Notes under the pieces: generated by a model
What the model saw: only the letters and a program-made list of their open reading frames with translations
Told to the model about the DNA's origin: nothing
Database searches by the model: none
Translations under genes and position numbers: made by a program
Source: Octopus bimaculoides
Lineage: Eukaryota
DNA: 32,988 nucleotides
Direction: 5' to 3'
Assembly: GCF_001194135.2 (NCBI RefSeq)
Contig: NC_068981.1
Location: 69,831,144 to 69,864,131 of the forward strand
Shown: positions 1-11,099 of the stretch, in pieces
How the letters are laid out: each line of letters begins with the position of its first letter
Numbering within the stretch: position 1 is the first letter of the stretch

Positions 1-269
1 CAATTCACTCTAGTTATTTAATCATCAGAGGTGTATTAGAACTCAGCATGTTTTCATCTTTATGAATATATATATATCTACAATATTTAAACTAATTGGA
101 TGAATGGATTCCAAACAAACTGTGTATTAAAAGTATGGAATATTTTGCAAGATTTTTTTATAGGAATATTCATTTTGTATGTCACCAACGCACCAGATCA
201 TTTGGTAAGTGACATTGTTTGTTGTCATTTTATGGCAAAAATAATATTTCGATAAAAATATTTATGTCT

Positions 270-1378
270 GTCTGCACCAATAGGGACTGAAGAATGGCTA
301 CTCCTACCAACCTACCTAGGGAAACGTATCTCTAGAGTGAGGATTGGCAGGATTCCGCCAGATGTAAAAGAGATATGGATAGCGGAGCAGCAGTTATACT
401 CACTGGAACAAAGGCAGAGGCAAAAGTTGTTCACCAACTCGAATGCAACAACTACATTAATGGGTTACAGCCCGGAATTAATTATACAGGCCTCCCAGTC
501 AGACTTAAATGAGGTCTCCGAAATTATCGACTTGCCGGACGATATAAAACTGACGGTGACCGTGGAAGGGATACCCCCCACCTGCTATTGTTGCGGCCAG
601 AAGAGGTACATCAAAAGAAAGTGCTCCAAAATGTACAAGAAGAACAGAAGAATGCAGCTGGGAGCAAAAGCGAACCTGAGAACACCGCGAAGGTAACGGA
701 AGAGACCCAAGCAGCGACGGAGTTAAAACGAAAATACCAGGAAGTATTCCGAAGAAAACTACATTGAAGTTACAAGGAAAAGAGAACGAACCAATACACC
801 ACATAAATAGGAGAGCTACACACAAAAACAAGACACACACCAGTCAAACAAAATGTGTACACACCCACATAGCACACATCTCTGTTATCATATCTTCAAA
901 AAAAAGAAGAATGTCCAAAATTTCCCACCAATCATTTACATGCAGAAACACAACACAGTCAAACACCGACAAAACACATAGCATACCTAATGACATACAG
1001 AAAAAATACTATTAGAGTCTCACTACCTAAAGACTACGCGGCAGACACAAGATGCTTCTTAAAAGATAAACAAATACACGCAACATTAAAAGAAACATTC
1101 AAATCCGGTATAGATCCACTACGGCTAGGAGTGAGTTTTGACCCCCTCACCCCGGTGGTAGAATATAGTGAACTTACGCCACATTTTTTATGGTAAGGAA
1201 TAAAGAAGTAAGTACAACGTAAAACGTGACTGCCTGAGAGAGGGGCTCAGGTAAGACGTTCATCCTCATTTTGTATATTCATTTTATTCATCGTTTTGTA
1301 TTTTATGTCCCCACTTGTGTTGTCTGTCCATGTGCCGTCCGCTCTGTGTTATACCTTTATGGCGAATAAAGAGAAATA
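270..1378 (+). mobile_element. Tx1/L1-like element remnant with ORF1 only, followed by a T-rich 3'UTR and AATAAA (possible half-L1/HAL1-like)
   Basis: Reads LLLPTYLGKRISRVRIGRIPP and VTVEGIPPTCYCCGQKRYIKRKC (degenerate CCHC knuckle, H>Y, ~580-625). An A/C-rich linker follows, then a C-terminal block AADTRCFLK..IDPLRLGVSFDPLTP ending in TAA at 1196, a T-rich tract and AATAAA at 1365-1370. Resembles ORF1 at 27.8-29.2 kb (IKYPSYMEKPITLIHIHRIPP). Confidence 0.7.
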
Positions 1379-3154
1379 TGTTACAATCATCTGACCGAGT
1401 TGGTCGAGAATTTTGCTTGATAGTCGTTCGAGAGGTTAGTGAATGATTGTTGAATTATGCTTGTTGTTAATTGTTGTGTTTACAAACACTAGTTTTTGGT
1501 GCCTTACGGCAGTTTTGTTATCGCTATCCTCCTTGTTTCAAGGGGAAAGCACATTATTTGTATCTTCCTGATGTATGAAGAATTACTGTGAAGTTTGGAT
1601 ATTGCAGAGCAGAGGAAGGAAAAAAATGAAGGTGGAAAAAATGAATTTTGCAGCTGCGGCTGGAGAAACCAGACAAGAGTTTTATTTAAAAGAAGGTTGA
1701 GTCGAACAAGTACAGGGAAATCCTGCGAAGATAGGAAAACGAAGTAAAGGTAATCCCTCGTAGTGAATTTGCAAAGGACACGCAAAGGAATGAAATGTCT
1801 GTGGGGAAAGTAAGAAACACTAATTGAAGCCCATTGTCAAATCAAAGAAAGAAAGGAATATTTATCGATCGTCATACAGAAATGTACCTGAAAAAGGAAA
1901 GTTTTTGTATCGATAGGGCTTTATTTCCGAAACGAGTACATTTGAATAAAACTTGAAAGAAACGTGTTTGCAATTAGAATTGCCTGGTAAACTGAAATAG
2001 AAGAGTGAACATCTTCGGAAGGGTCTCATTGAGCATAAAGAAAATCCGAGAATAATTCTAAAGAAATTGTTCTATTTAACAAGGTTCTGTTAAAATATAT
2101 ATAGATACGTGTGTGTATATGATATAAAAATAGAATAGGTCCAAAATATTATTTTAAGTTATTACGCCACGACTACAAAAGCAAAATTGTGGGAGTACAG
2201 AAACCAGATTATTCGGTGTGTTGGCGGGTCAGTCGTTGGATATGAAAGAAAAGCAATAGTACTAAAACGGATTGTCTGAAGAGACAGGATTCTGTGTTTA
2301 TGCACACGCACTAAAAAAGAAAAGGAAAGAAAATCGAAAATGATCAGTGAATTTGATAGACCAGATATACAGAAGAATGTAAACAGTGATTTTGTTGATA
2401 ATAAAACGAAAATTTTATTAATAATATAGGTTCACTACTGTTTTTAGCAACTTATCGACTCTAAATATATTTGGAAGAATAAATATAGAAATGTGTCAGA
2501 AATGACGTCAGATGCACAATACAAATTATAAAGACATATACTTCCAATTTTCATGAGACATTGTGAGATTCGGCAGCTGTTTCTAGCACCTTGTACGTCC
2601 ACTTAAGGTATTCATTGTATTTGGCAGAATTTCTAGTTAGATATTTTGCGTGCCCCCGTATGAATGTGCATATCGGCTTAGGTGAATGTGTGTTTTAGAA
2701 AGACAAGAAAGACAGAGCGAGAGGTAGAGAGAAGTTGAGGTGGGGGTTTATTCGAGAGTATAAAGGGATATATTTTATATATTATGTTATTCTTCACTTA
2801 CTATTATTTCAAGCATTCTAATATCTAGAAATCCAGCACGGTACCTCCCTTACCGCTTCTGACGTGTACACGTGTGCACATGCTATATAGTATTGTCTTA
2901 GTTTGCTAAATGTGATCAATGTTAATGTGTGTTGCATAATTATGTATGGATGTTAGCCTATGCTTCTGCTATTGTGGTTTCCGTTGAGCTGTGATCAATC
3001 CTAAGCGAGCAGAGTTATGTGAAAGCTATTGCAGAGATGATAACTGCGTCATTTTATATACCAACGACTATATTTTCCTTTATGTCATCACAAACTTTAA
3101 GACGACAATCATTGATAGGGTATAATTTCATTTTTTCGAGCATACAGTCTCTCT

Positions 3155-3156
<2 letters not shown>

Positions 3157-3209
<53 letters not shown>
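3157..3209. repeat. (GT)n microsatellite running into assembly gap 3210-3644
   Basis: Directly visible. Confidence 0.98.
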
Positions 3210-4854
3210 NNNNNNNNNNNNNNNNNNNNNNNNNNNNNNNNNNNNNNNNNNNNNNNNNNNNNNNNNNNNNNNNNNNNNNNNNNNNNNNNNNNNNNNNNNN
3301 NNNNNNNNNNNNNNNNNNNNNNNNNNNNNNNNNNNNNNNNNNNNNNNNNNNNNNNNNNNNNNNNNNNNNNNNNNNNNNNNNNNNNNNNNNNNNNNNNNNN
3401 NNNNNNNNNNNNNNNNNNNNNNNNNNNNNNNNNNNNNNNNNNNNNNNNNNNNNNNNNNNNNNNNNNNNNNNNNNNNNNNNNNNNNNNNNNNNNNNNNNNN
3501 NNNNNNNNNNNNNNNNNNNNNNNNNNNNNNNNNNNNNNNNNNNNNNNNNNNNNNNNNNNNNNNNNNNNNNNNNNNNNNNNNNNNNNNNNNNNNNNNNNNN
3601 NNNNNNNNNNNNNNNNNNNNNNNNNNNNNNNNNNNNNNNNNNNTTATCTGTCATTTTCAATTTTATGCCACTCATATTAGAACGGTACGATTTAATTTCC
3701 TCTATGTCAGTTTAATATAATACCGATAAAGTTATGAGTTGAAAATATACGCCAAGATATTTATCTAATACATCGAACAATATCTTCATCGATGAAATCG
3801 CCTATATCAATCATAGTTATAATGGTGATTATTTATGAATCTAACCTTGCATTTAATAAATTATATATCTTTATTCTCAAGTAGGGGGTTAAACACAATT
3901 AACAAGCTATATTCATAAATGCTATTATAAGCATGCATCATGCAGTAAACATTATAGTTTTGTTAAGGCACAGTGGGAGATCATTTGTAGATACGTTCCG
4001 AGGAAGTACGCCCTATGTTTGATCGATTGATCTTTATATTTATAAACACAACGTGATCCCAATGATATTCGAAATTATAAGGCGATTACATATTTATTTT
4101 CATGCCGTACAGGCACGGATACTTGCATATAACTTCGCATGCACACATACTCACACACACCCACACGGCCCCTCCCCCCACACACACATACACGATTTTA
4201 ATTAAATCCTTATTAGAAGATTCCTAGACTTGCAACTTACATTTCTATTCTGACGTAACATACGTCACAACAAGACATTGCTTTATCCTACTTTGAGAAA
4301 CATTGGGGCTGACAAATTAGTATTGGTCTCACCCCATATTCGGTACTTATATTTGTCTACGTAGAAATATTCATTATTATACATATTATAAGACACAACT
4401 TGAAAATAAAGTATTCGAAATTGACAGAATTCTGCAATCGTACATATCGTCTTAAAAACGTTCTCTGAGGGTAGACAGCTATATTGTTTTTCGAACATCG
4501 ATCAATTTATGTACGAGTAATGACAGCAGGCACTTCTATCAGCATCGCTGCACACCAAAGTTACAATGGTCAGCCAAATCAGTAAGTAAGTAGAATTCAA
4601 TATATGACTGTCTGACTGTAAGGAAAGGAAATCTTGTTATTAAAATTTCTCTAGGCTAAGATCATGAACCGGACGAGTTGAGAACAGCGTTGGCTTGTTA
4701 AGTGTATGTTGGATAGAATATAATGCTGTTTCTTAGCCACACTGGATTATTCGTAACAAAACTAAACGTCGTCAATAAAAAGTAAAAGGGATAGGAATGA
4801 ATATTTTAATATGTCTATCCAAGTCGGTAGTGCGACTTACCACTTATTCACAAT

Positions 4855-5315
4855 CTATATGTATGTTTGTGCTTAAACAGACACGTACATTATGTATGTA
4901 TATGAATTCATACAAACACACACAGAAATACACATACATGTTGACTACGTGAAGAACATGTATATGTATATATGTATATANNNNNNNNNNNNNNNNNNNN
5001 NNNNNNNNNNNNNNNNNNNNNNNNNNNNNNNNNNNNNNNNNNNNNNNNNNNNNNNNNNNNNNNNNNNNNNNNNNNNNNNNNNNNNNNNNNNNNNNNNNNN
5101 NNNNNNNNNNNNNNNNNNNNNNNNNNNNNNNNNNNNNNNNNNNNNNNNNNNNNNNNNNNNNNNNNNNNNNNNNNNNNNNNNNNNNNNNNNNNNNNNNNNN
5201 NNNNNNNNNNNNNNNNNNNNNNNNNNNNNNNNNNNNNNNNNNNNNNNNNNNNNNNNNNNNNNNNNNNNNNNNNNNNNNNNNNNNNNNNNNNNNATATATA
5301 TGTATGTATGTATGT
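4855..5315. repeat. TA/CA/TATG mixed simple repeat flanking gap 4981-5293
   Basis: Directly visible. Confidence 0.85.
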
Positions 5316-5859
5316 CCTTTGGTTGCTGGAGAAGGGGTAGGATATCTGTCCTGCTAACGATACTTATTGTAGAAATACAGGTGAACGACATTCGTCTTAT
5401 CCCCAGACAAAAAGCAAGTCTTGATTCTTGAGATTATATCTCCTTTTCATATAGATGTCATCCCACTCGCCAGTTGATAATCGTTACGCATCTTCTTGAG
5501 GCGGATATTTTAAATATAAAACAACCATTTTTGCTGTCCTTCAATACATATATCTGTATTTTATTTTATTCTATATTATTTTTGTGTGTGTCTTTGGTCA
5601 GTAAGTGTTATTTCCTATTTGCATATATCAAAAGAAATGACTATTATTCTGTTGCATTTGTAACCTCACCAATATTTTGAAGCTGACCTATTTTCCATCA
5701 CATTTCAGGCAGATTCAGTGCTGTGTGGTAGCAGAAATATTGTTATAGCAAATATTCTGCTCAGTACTACAGATTTGCTTGTCAGAGGAGAGGGTTTGAA
5801 AAATGTAACAAAATCAAAGTCTGAAGGATATATTTGCCATTTTTAATACTTTCTAGTGG

Positions 5860-6352
5860 TAAGCAAATAGAAAATGCCAGCTGTCACCCAAAGATAAAAC
5901 ATCGTATTCCACCGTGTTACTTGATCATAGTTTACTTTTATTTTATCAGGTTGCGAATGGCAGAGCTGCTGTTCATATTTGACGATGCGATAAACCACAG
6001 AAATGCATGGGTCTTACGATTCATAGCCCAATATATGTTTTTACTTCATCGAGGAAGACAATTTTCTTCTGGTTCTGTTGCAGCAGCGGAATGTCTCCTT
6101 ACGTTGGATATACCCAATCTGAGTACACAGAAATATATCTTATTCAAACTTGTTCCCATTATGTCACACATCACCAAACGTACCTGATGCAGCTGTAATG
6201 TAAAGGATTTCATTCGCAACGGCCTGTGAAATGCAGATTTGGTTTACTTTAATGATGATGGATGCATTCTTGCGAACTTCGATTTCAGTTACAGCTCGGG
6301 GTGTGGTTTCACATATGTCGTCAAGACGGGAGAATTTCTCCCGGGACTTCTC
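5860..6352 (-). mobile_element. Probable decayed hAT-family transposase fragment
   Basis: On -, in the expected order: FSRLDDICET (cf. hAT xSLTxDxW), in-frame DV*HNGNKF (cf. VTDNGxNF), and YDQVTRWNTMFY (TRWN at 5906-5917, cf. DVxTRWNSTY). Stops and frameshifts present; no TIRs found. Confidence 0.4.
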
Positions 6353-7040
6353 CTGCAACAGAACGTTTCACACGTCCCAATACATTCGAAATAAGAGTTT
6401 ACTCGAATATATGTTAAATGTTTCTGCGATTGTGTTTCTATCATTCTTGCTTGAACACGTTTTGTGTACATCGGTGAATGTAACGTATGCTGTTCTTATA
6501 AGTATGAGTTCATGCCGCAATACATTTAGAGGTATCGATCGCACTGACACAGTGTGTGTAGTTTATACGCCAATTTACTGCAGGATACCGTTCTCAGAAA
6601 GCTCCCTAAACGGTACAGAGTGTTGAAAAATTTTGAATGTCTCAAACGAGCTCTGCGACTCGTTTGAAGTGATCTAGAATAAAAGATTTCGATATTTTGC
6701 TATTGTTACAGAATGCTCAGTATTGTTCATTCGATCCACCTCCATTGAATTGAATCAGCAGTCTGGGTCATATATGCTAATAATATGGAGGATATTCGCT
6801 GATGTGCTCTGGCGTAGCACATGTGACGCAAAATAAAATTTCGAATTATTCCTGGTCAGATTTTAATTTGTTTTGAGCTTAGATGAGAAAATGGAGCTAT
6901 AGCAATACCGAAATAATTATAAGTATTATTCTCGATTACCTCGGGCGAGTTATCTCACTTGTCTGGGACATTCAGTGCGCCCGATAACATTTAGTTTATT
7001 AGAGCTGCTTTTAATTTGATATGTAATATATTGATATACA

Positions 7041-7130
7041 GGCGCGAGCGTGACTGTGTGGTAGGAAGGGCGGGCTGACCAAGACTTGTGAGTGGATTTG
7101 CTAGTCGGAAACTGAACGAAGCTCTTGGCA
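7041..7130 (+). mobile_element. Internally deleted tRNA-derived octopus-type SINE fragment
   Basis: GGCGCGAGCGTGACTGTGTGGTAGGAAG is joined directly to GGGCTGACCAAGACTTGTGAGTGGATTTGCTAGTCGGAAACTGAACGAAGC. This matches my recall of the head and central core of an abundant Octopus SINE; the B-box region is missing. Followed by TA/TG simple repeats. Confidence 0.7.
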
Positions 7131-7211
7131 ATATGTGTGGGTGCATGTGCATGCATGTGTGCGTACATATATACATATATGTATGTCTGTGTGTTTGTAT
7201 GTAACTTTGTG

Positions 7212-7261
<50 letters not shown>

Positions 7262-7335
7262 CATATATATACATATACATATAGGCGTTATTGTGTGCCT
7301 GTGTATTAGCGTGCGTATTTGTGTTCTTTGTGTGT
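7131..7335. repeat. Compound (TG)/(TA)n simple repeat
   Basis: Directly visible; purest (TA)n run ~7215-7280. Confidence 0.95.
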
Positions 7336-8094
7336 TAGCATAGGAGATTTCTTCATAAAACACACAATTTTCTTTACTTGCAACAATGCGTTGTTGAGAC
7401 ATTTGTATTTCATGAATGCCGTAGTATTGTTTCTTCATATTTATTGCAATCGTTTATTTGTGCTTGGAGGCTCGTGTGTTATGTAACAGCATAGAGTCAT
7501 TGCACAATTTGTGTGTATGGCAACAATGTTACTAGTAAACAAACACTGACATGAGATGGCTATTTAGAAGTCAAGCGGGGCCTCATCGCCAAAGGATCGT
7601 GCGTGTGTGATTAGAAACAACTGTGAGAATGCTATTAACATACTGAACAGTGTCAAATAGATAAGCCGGTGGATGAAATACATATCTTACAAATGGTGTG
7701 TAAATACAATGAATATACTTTGTGAATGTGCGAATATATTTCTTTAGTCTTTAAAAACTGAAAACAGTTGCAATCTCATGCTTGCTTTTATCGTGTGTAA
7801 ACATAAATGGGCTACACAAAAGAGACCATATGAAAGAGAATTTTAATGCAATCATTTAGTATATTGAAGTCTTGCCAAACGTGTTAGTAACATAAATTCT
7901 AGCAAATCTTGTAGTTACATACATATTTAGAAACTATCTAACATTGCTAGATGAAATGCGCATTCGTCATACAATACACGAAAAATAACAACTTATACAC
8001 ATAAACAAGTATATACATTGGCTGATCGATCAAGAAATGTTTAGATTTATGTAAGATATAGAACACTAGCCGGAAAAGACAGAAACATATATCG

Positions 8095-8195
8095 ACAAAC
8101 ATACATGCACACACACGCACAGGCACACACACATATACGCACGCGCGCGCGCAAGCACACACGCAAGCACAGATATAGATGGAAACGCATGCGTG
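8095..8195. repeat. Mixed (CA)/(CG) alternating purine-pyrimidine repeat
   Basis: acacacgcac...cgcacgcgcgcgcgcaagcacac; a similar tract lies at ~9195-9230. Confidence 0.85.
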
Positions 8196-9395
8196 GCTAC
8201 ACACCATAGAAAGAGAGACGAACTAAACAGAGCAGAAAATACGTGGGATCGAGAGTCACTGAAGATGTCATAGATTGTGTAACGAAAGATGTAAGACAAA
8301 ATATAGTAAAAGAAAAAGATCAATAAAGCTGAATTGAAGAAGGAATTATAGTGTATGTGTTTATTTGCAAAAACAAAATATATGTATACCATCTTGAAAG
8401 ATAACAATATCTGTTACAACACATGACGTCGCATCAAGAATTTTGCAAACCAAACACGTAAACGTAAGATTATAGTTTTTTGACTAAGTAATAGTAAATT
8501 TAGTGCCAATTCATGCTTAACTTTTGGGAGACAGTAAAAATGTGCATAGAGAGAGAGAGTTGAGGGAGTAATTAAGAAACTGCATAGACAGGTTAATGTA
8601 TTTGATCGCAAATTGCAATAAGCAAGTTTTAGCTGATCTTGTATGAATATATGTATTGATTCGTTTACAATTCGTTAATATAAATATTGCATCCAGCACA
8701 CAAATATACTTATTTAATATATACAATCGTTAATTAAAAGTGATTATGATTTACTCTGATGTGTTTATCCCTTGACATATTTTGATATATTTTTCATTTG
8801 TCAAAACATTTCAAACATATGCTTATATAAATATGGAAACTATAGACGTTTTGACTTGTACCTAATTCTCAGCAAAATCCAGATATGACCGACGCACAAC
8901 ATAAATCACAGGCAGTGAAATAGGCTCATAGGCATATATTCCACATTATTTTCAAAGAAAACAGTTTCTGTTGATCAACAACATGATATAATCAAATACT
9001 TCCCCAGAAAGAAAAATATTTTCTTTCTCTTTTCTCTTTCTAAATCTCTCTCTCTTACTCTCTTTAAGTGAATGCGTGTATGAGTAATTTTATTTCTTTT
9101 ATAGGATTATACGTAGGGCTTTTCAAATTTTACATGTATTATAACGAATCCGTCAATTCCTTTACACCCAAACATGCAAACATATATTCACAAGCACACT
9201 CGTACACACACCCGCGCGCGCGTGCGCGCTAATACAAATATACACATATCAGATTTCCAGGAGAGTTTCAAAAATGCATAGGCACACGATGGATACATAG
9301 TATGTATGTATATTAATCAGTGTATTTAACTGGTGGTATAGCTCACGCCAATTATACGGTGATTTTTTTAAATGCCTATACGAAACTTTTTAATA

Positions 9396-10679
9396 CGAGG
9401 TGATACCAAGAAATTTGTGTTTAAAAAATATAACTTATTTCCCTAAGTTTTAACATCATCCCTTTCGAAATACTCACTTTGCAGAGCAATACACCAGCCT
9501 TAGCGTTCCTCCCACATTTGGAATCCGGCGTGGAATTCGTTTTCCGTAAGCGACTCGAGGTCCTTCTGCGATTCGCTCTGGATATCGACAAGGGTTTTAA
9601 AACGACAACCTTTGGGGTTCATTTTCAGCTTGAGGAAGAGATGGAAAATCCGCATATTCTAAATCTGGTGAATAGAGCGATACCATGTTTTTGACGAGAC
9701 ATTCACCAGTGAATAGAGCTCGCTAACAGAGATCATTGTCGTCGTGAAAAATCTAATTTTCCGCGCTCAACAGATTCGGTCAGTTTCGTTGAATGTCTTA
9801 TCTCAAACTCTTCAAAATGTCGCAGTAGAAACTTTGATTGGCAGTCTGGCCCTGGGGGCCGAAATTCCAATGCACAATACTGCGGATATCGAAAAGTGTG
9901 ATGTGCATGCTCTTGATCGATTTGCGATTGTGTCGTACATTCTTCGGTCGTGGAGATGAAGGGTTCTTCCATTGTGACAACTACGGCTTCGTTTCAGGGT
10001 CGTACTCGTAGACCCATCCCTAATCACCGGTGATGATCCTCAATATGAAGGTAGCGACACGCTGACGAAGATCTTCACAGACTTCGATGCGATATTCTTT
10101 CTGCCTAGTAGTCATCAGACGGGGAACACTCAGCAGAGACACGGCGCATGCTCAGTTCAGACGTTTGGATCGCCTACACAGACCCATACGACAGATCAAC
10201 AACATCAGCAATATATGTGATTAAACTTAGACGATCCCCATGCAGACGTTGATGAATTTTTGTCCACATGTTCGGAGTTGACCCTATGGCAGTTCTTCAA
10301 GATCGCTCATCGTCTTCCAACGAAATGCTTCCACCTTTGAAGCCTTCATGCCACTCGAATCATTGCGTACATCCAATTACTTCGTCCATGTAAGCTTGCC
10401 GAAGCATTCTCAATGACTCTATAGTAGATATCCCAAGTTTAACGCAAAATTTCACGTTGGCTCATCGTTCCAGCTTCCTGTCCATGACAAAATCTAAGGC
10501 TACAGTATACACGTAATCACAGAAACACAAATGTCACAACTTGTGAAGTAAACTCTGCAATTTCACTCAGTACAATGCTACATGAGGGTCGCAGCTTGCT
10601 CTCACTGCGCACGCATCCGAGTGCTGCCATTTATTGGTTCGCTACAGAACTGGTCCGTAAATGTTTTGATATTACTTCG
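9396..10679 (-). mobile_element. Full-length decayed mariner (Tc1/mariner, IS630 superfamily), 1284 bp
   Basis: TA at 9394-9395 and 10680-10681. Imperfect TIRs: TACGAGGTGATACCAAGAAATTT vs reverse complement of right end TACGAAGTAATATCAAAACATTT (18/23 including TA). Transposase pseudogene on -. Confidence 0.92.
9444..10485 (-). pseudogene. Mariner transposase pseudogene (possibly irritans-like)
   Basis: ATG at 10485: MDRKLER*ANVKFCVKLG..SLEDDERS..IITGD*GWVYEYDPETK..SQWKNPSSPRPK..GQTANQSFYCDILK..FHDDN..YSPDLEYADF..QSEYFERD. Many stops; 29 residues between the 2nd and 3rd D versus the canonical D,D34D. Confidence 0.9.
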
Positions 10680-10764
10680 TATATTGTTCAACGTTCTCAG
10701 TGATTCACAGTAATTTTTGTATGAAACTATTACAGGCAATATCAAGATTATCCTTTCACTTCTG

Positions 10765-10920
10765 TTTTGTTATAATCACGGCATTTTGAAGGACCACTGC
10801 AATAAGTGTGCAAATCTGAGAGTGGAGTATGTTGAATAAAATCATAATTAACTGATCATACTGTGGTTTTTGTTTGTTTTTTTTTACTCAAAGCCAGGAA
10901 CCTTTCAGGACGCCATTGTA
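10765..10920 (+). mobile_element. Mariner 3'-end fragment (transposase C-terminus plus right TIR)
   Basis: FCYNHGILKDHCNKCANLRVEYVE* (cf. mariner GI..L..RW.KC....G.YVE), ending in AAAGCCAGGAACCTTTCAGGACGCCATTGTA, which resembles an irritans-type TIR plus TA. Confidence 0.55.
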
Positions 10921-11099
10921 TGTTGTTCCAAACTGGGAATACTTTCGACAAAATTTATATATATAGTATATGATTATTTATATTTAAAATATATTGAATA
11001 TTATCCTATTGTATAACTGATATTTCTCATATTTCCTGAGTATCCTTACTGAAATACACCTATCCATATACAGAACGTTGTATTCAGGACTTTGCTAAC

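Noticed and set aside
1380-2420. Purine-rich stretch suggestive of a decayed LINE or exon
   Set aside because: No recognisable motif in any frame I read.
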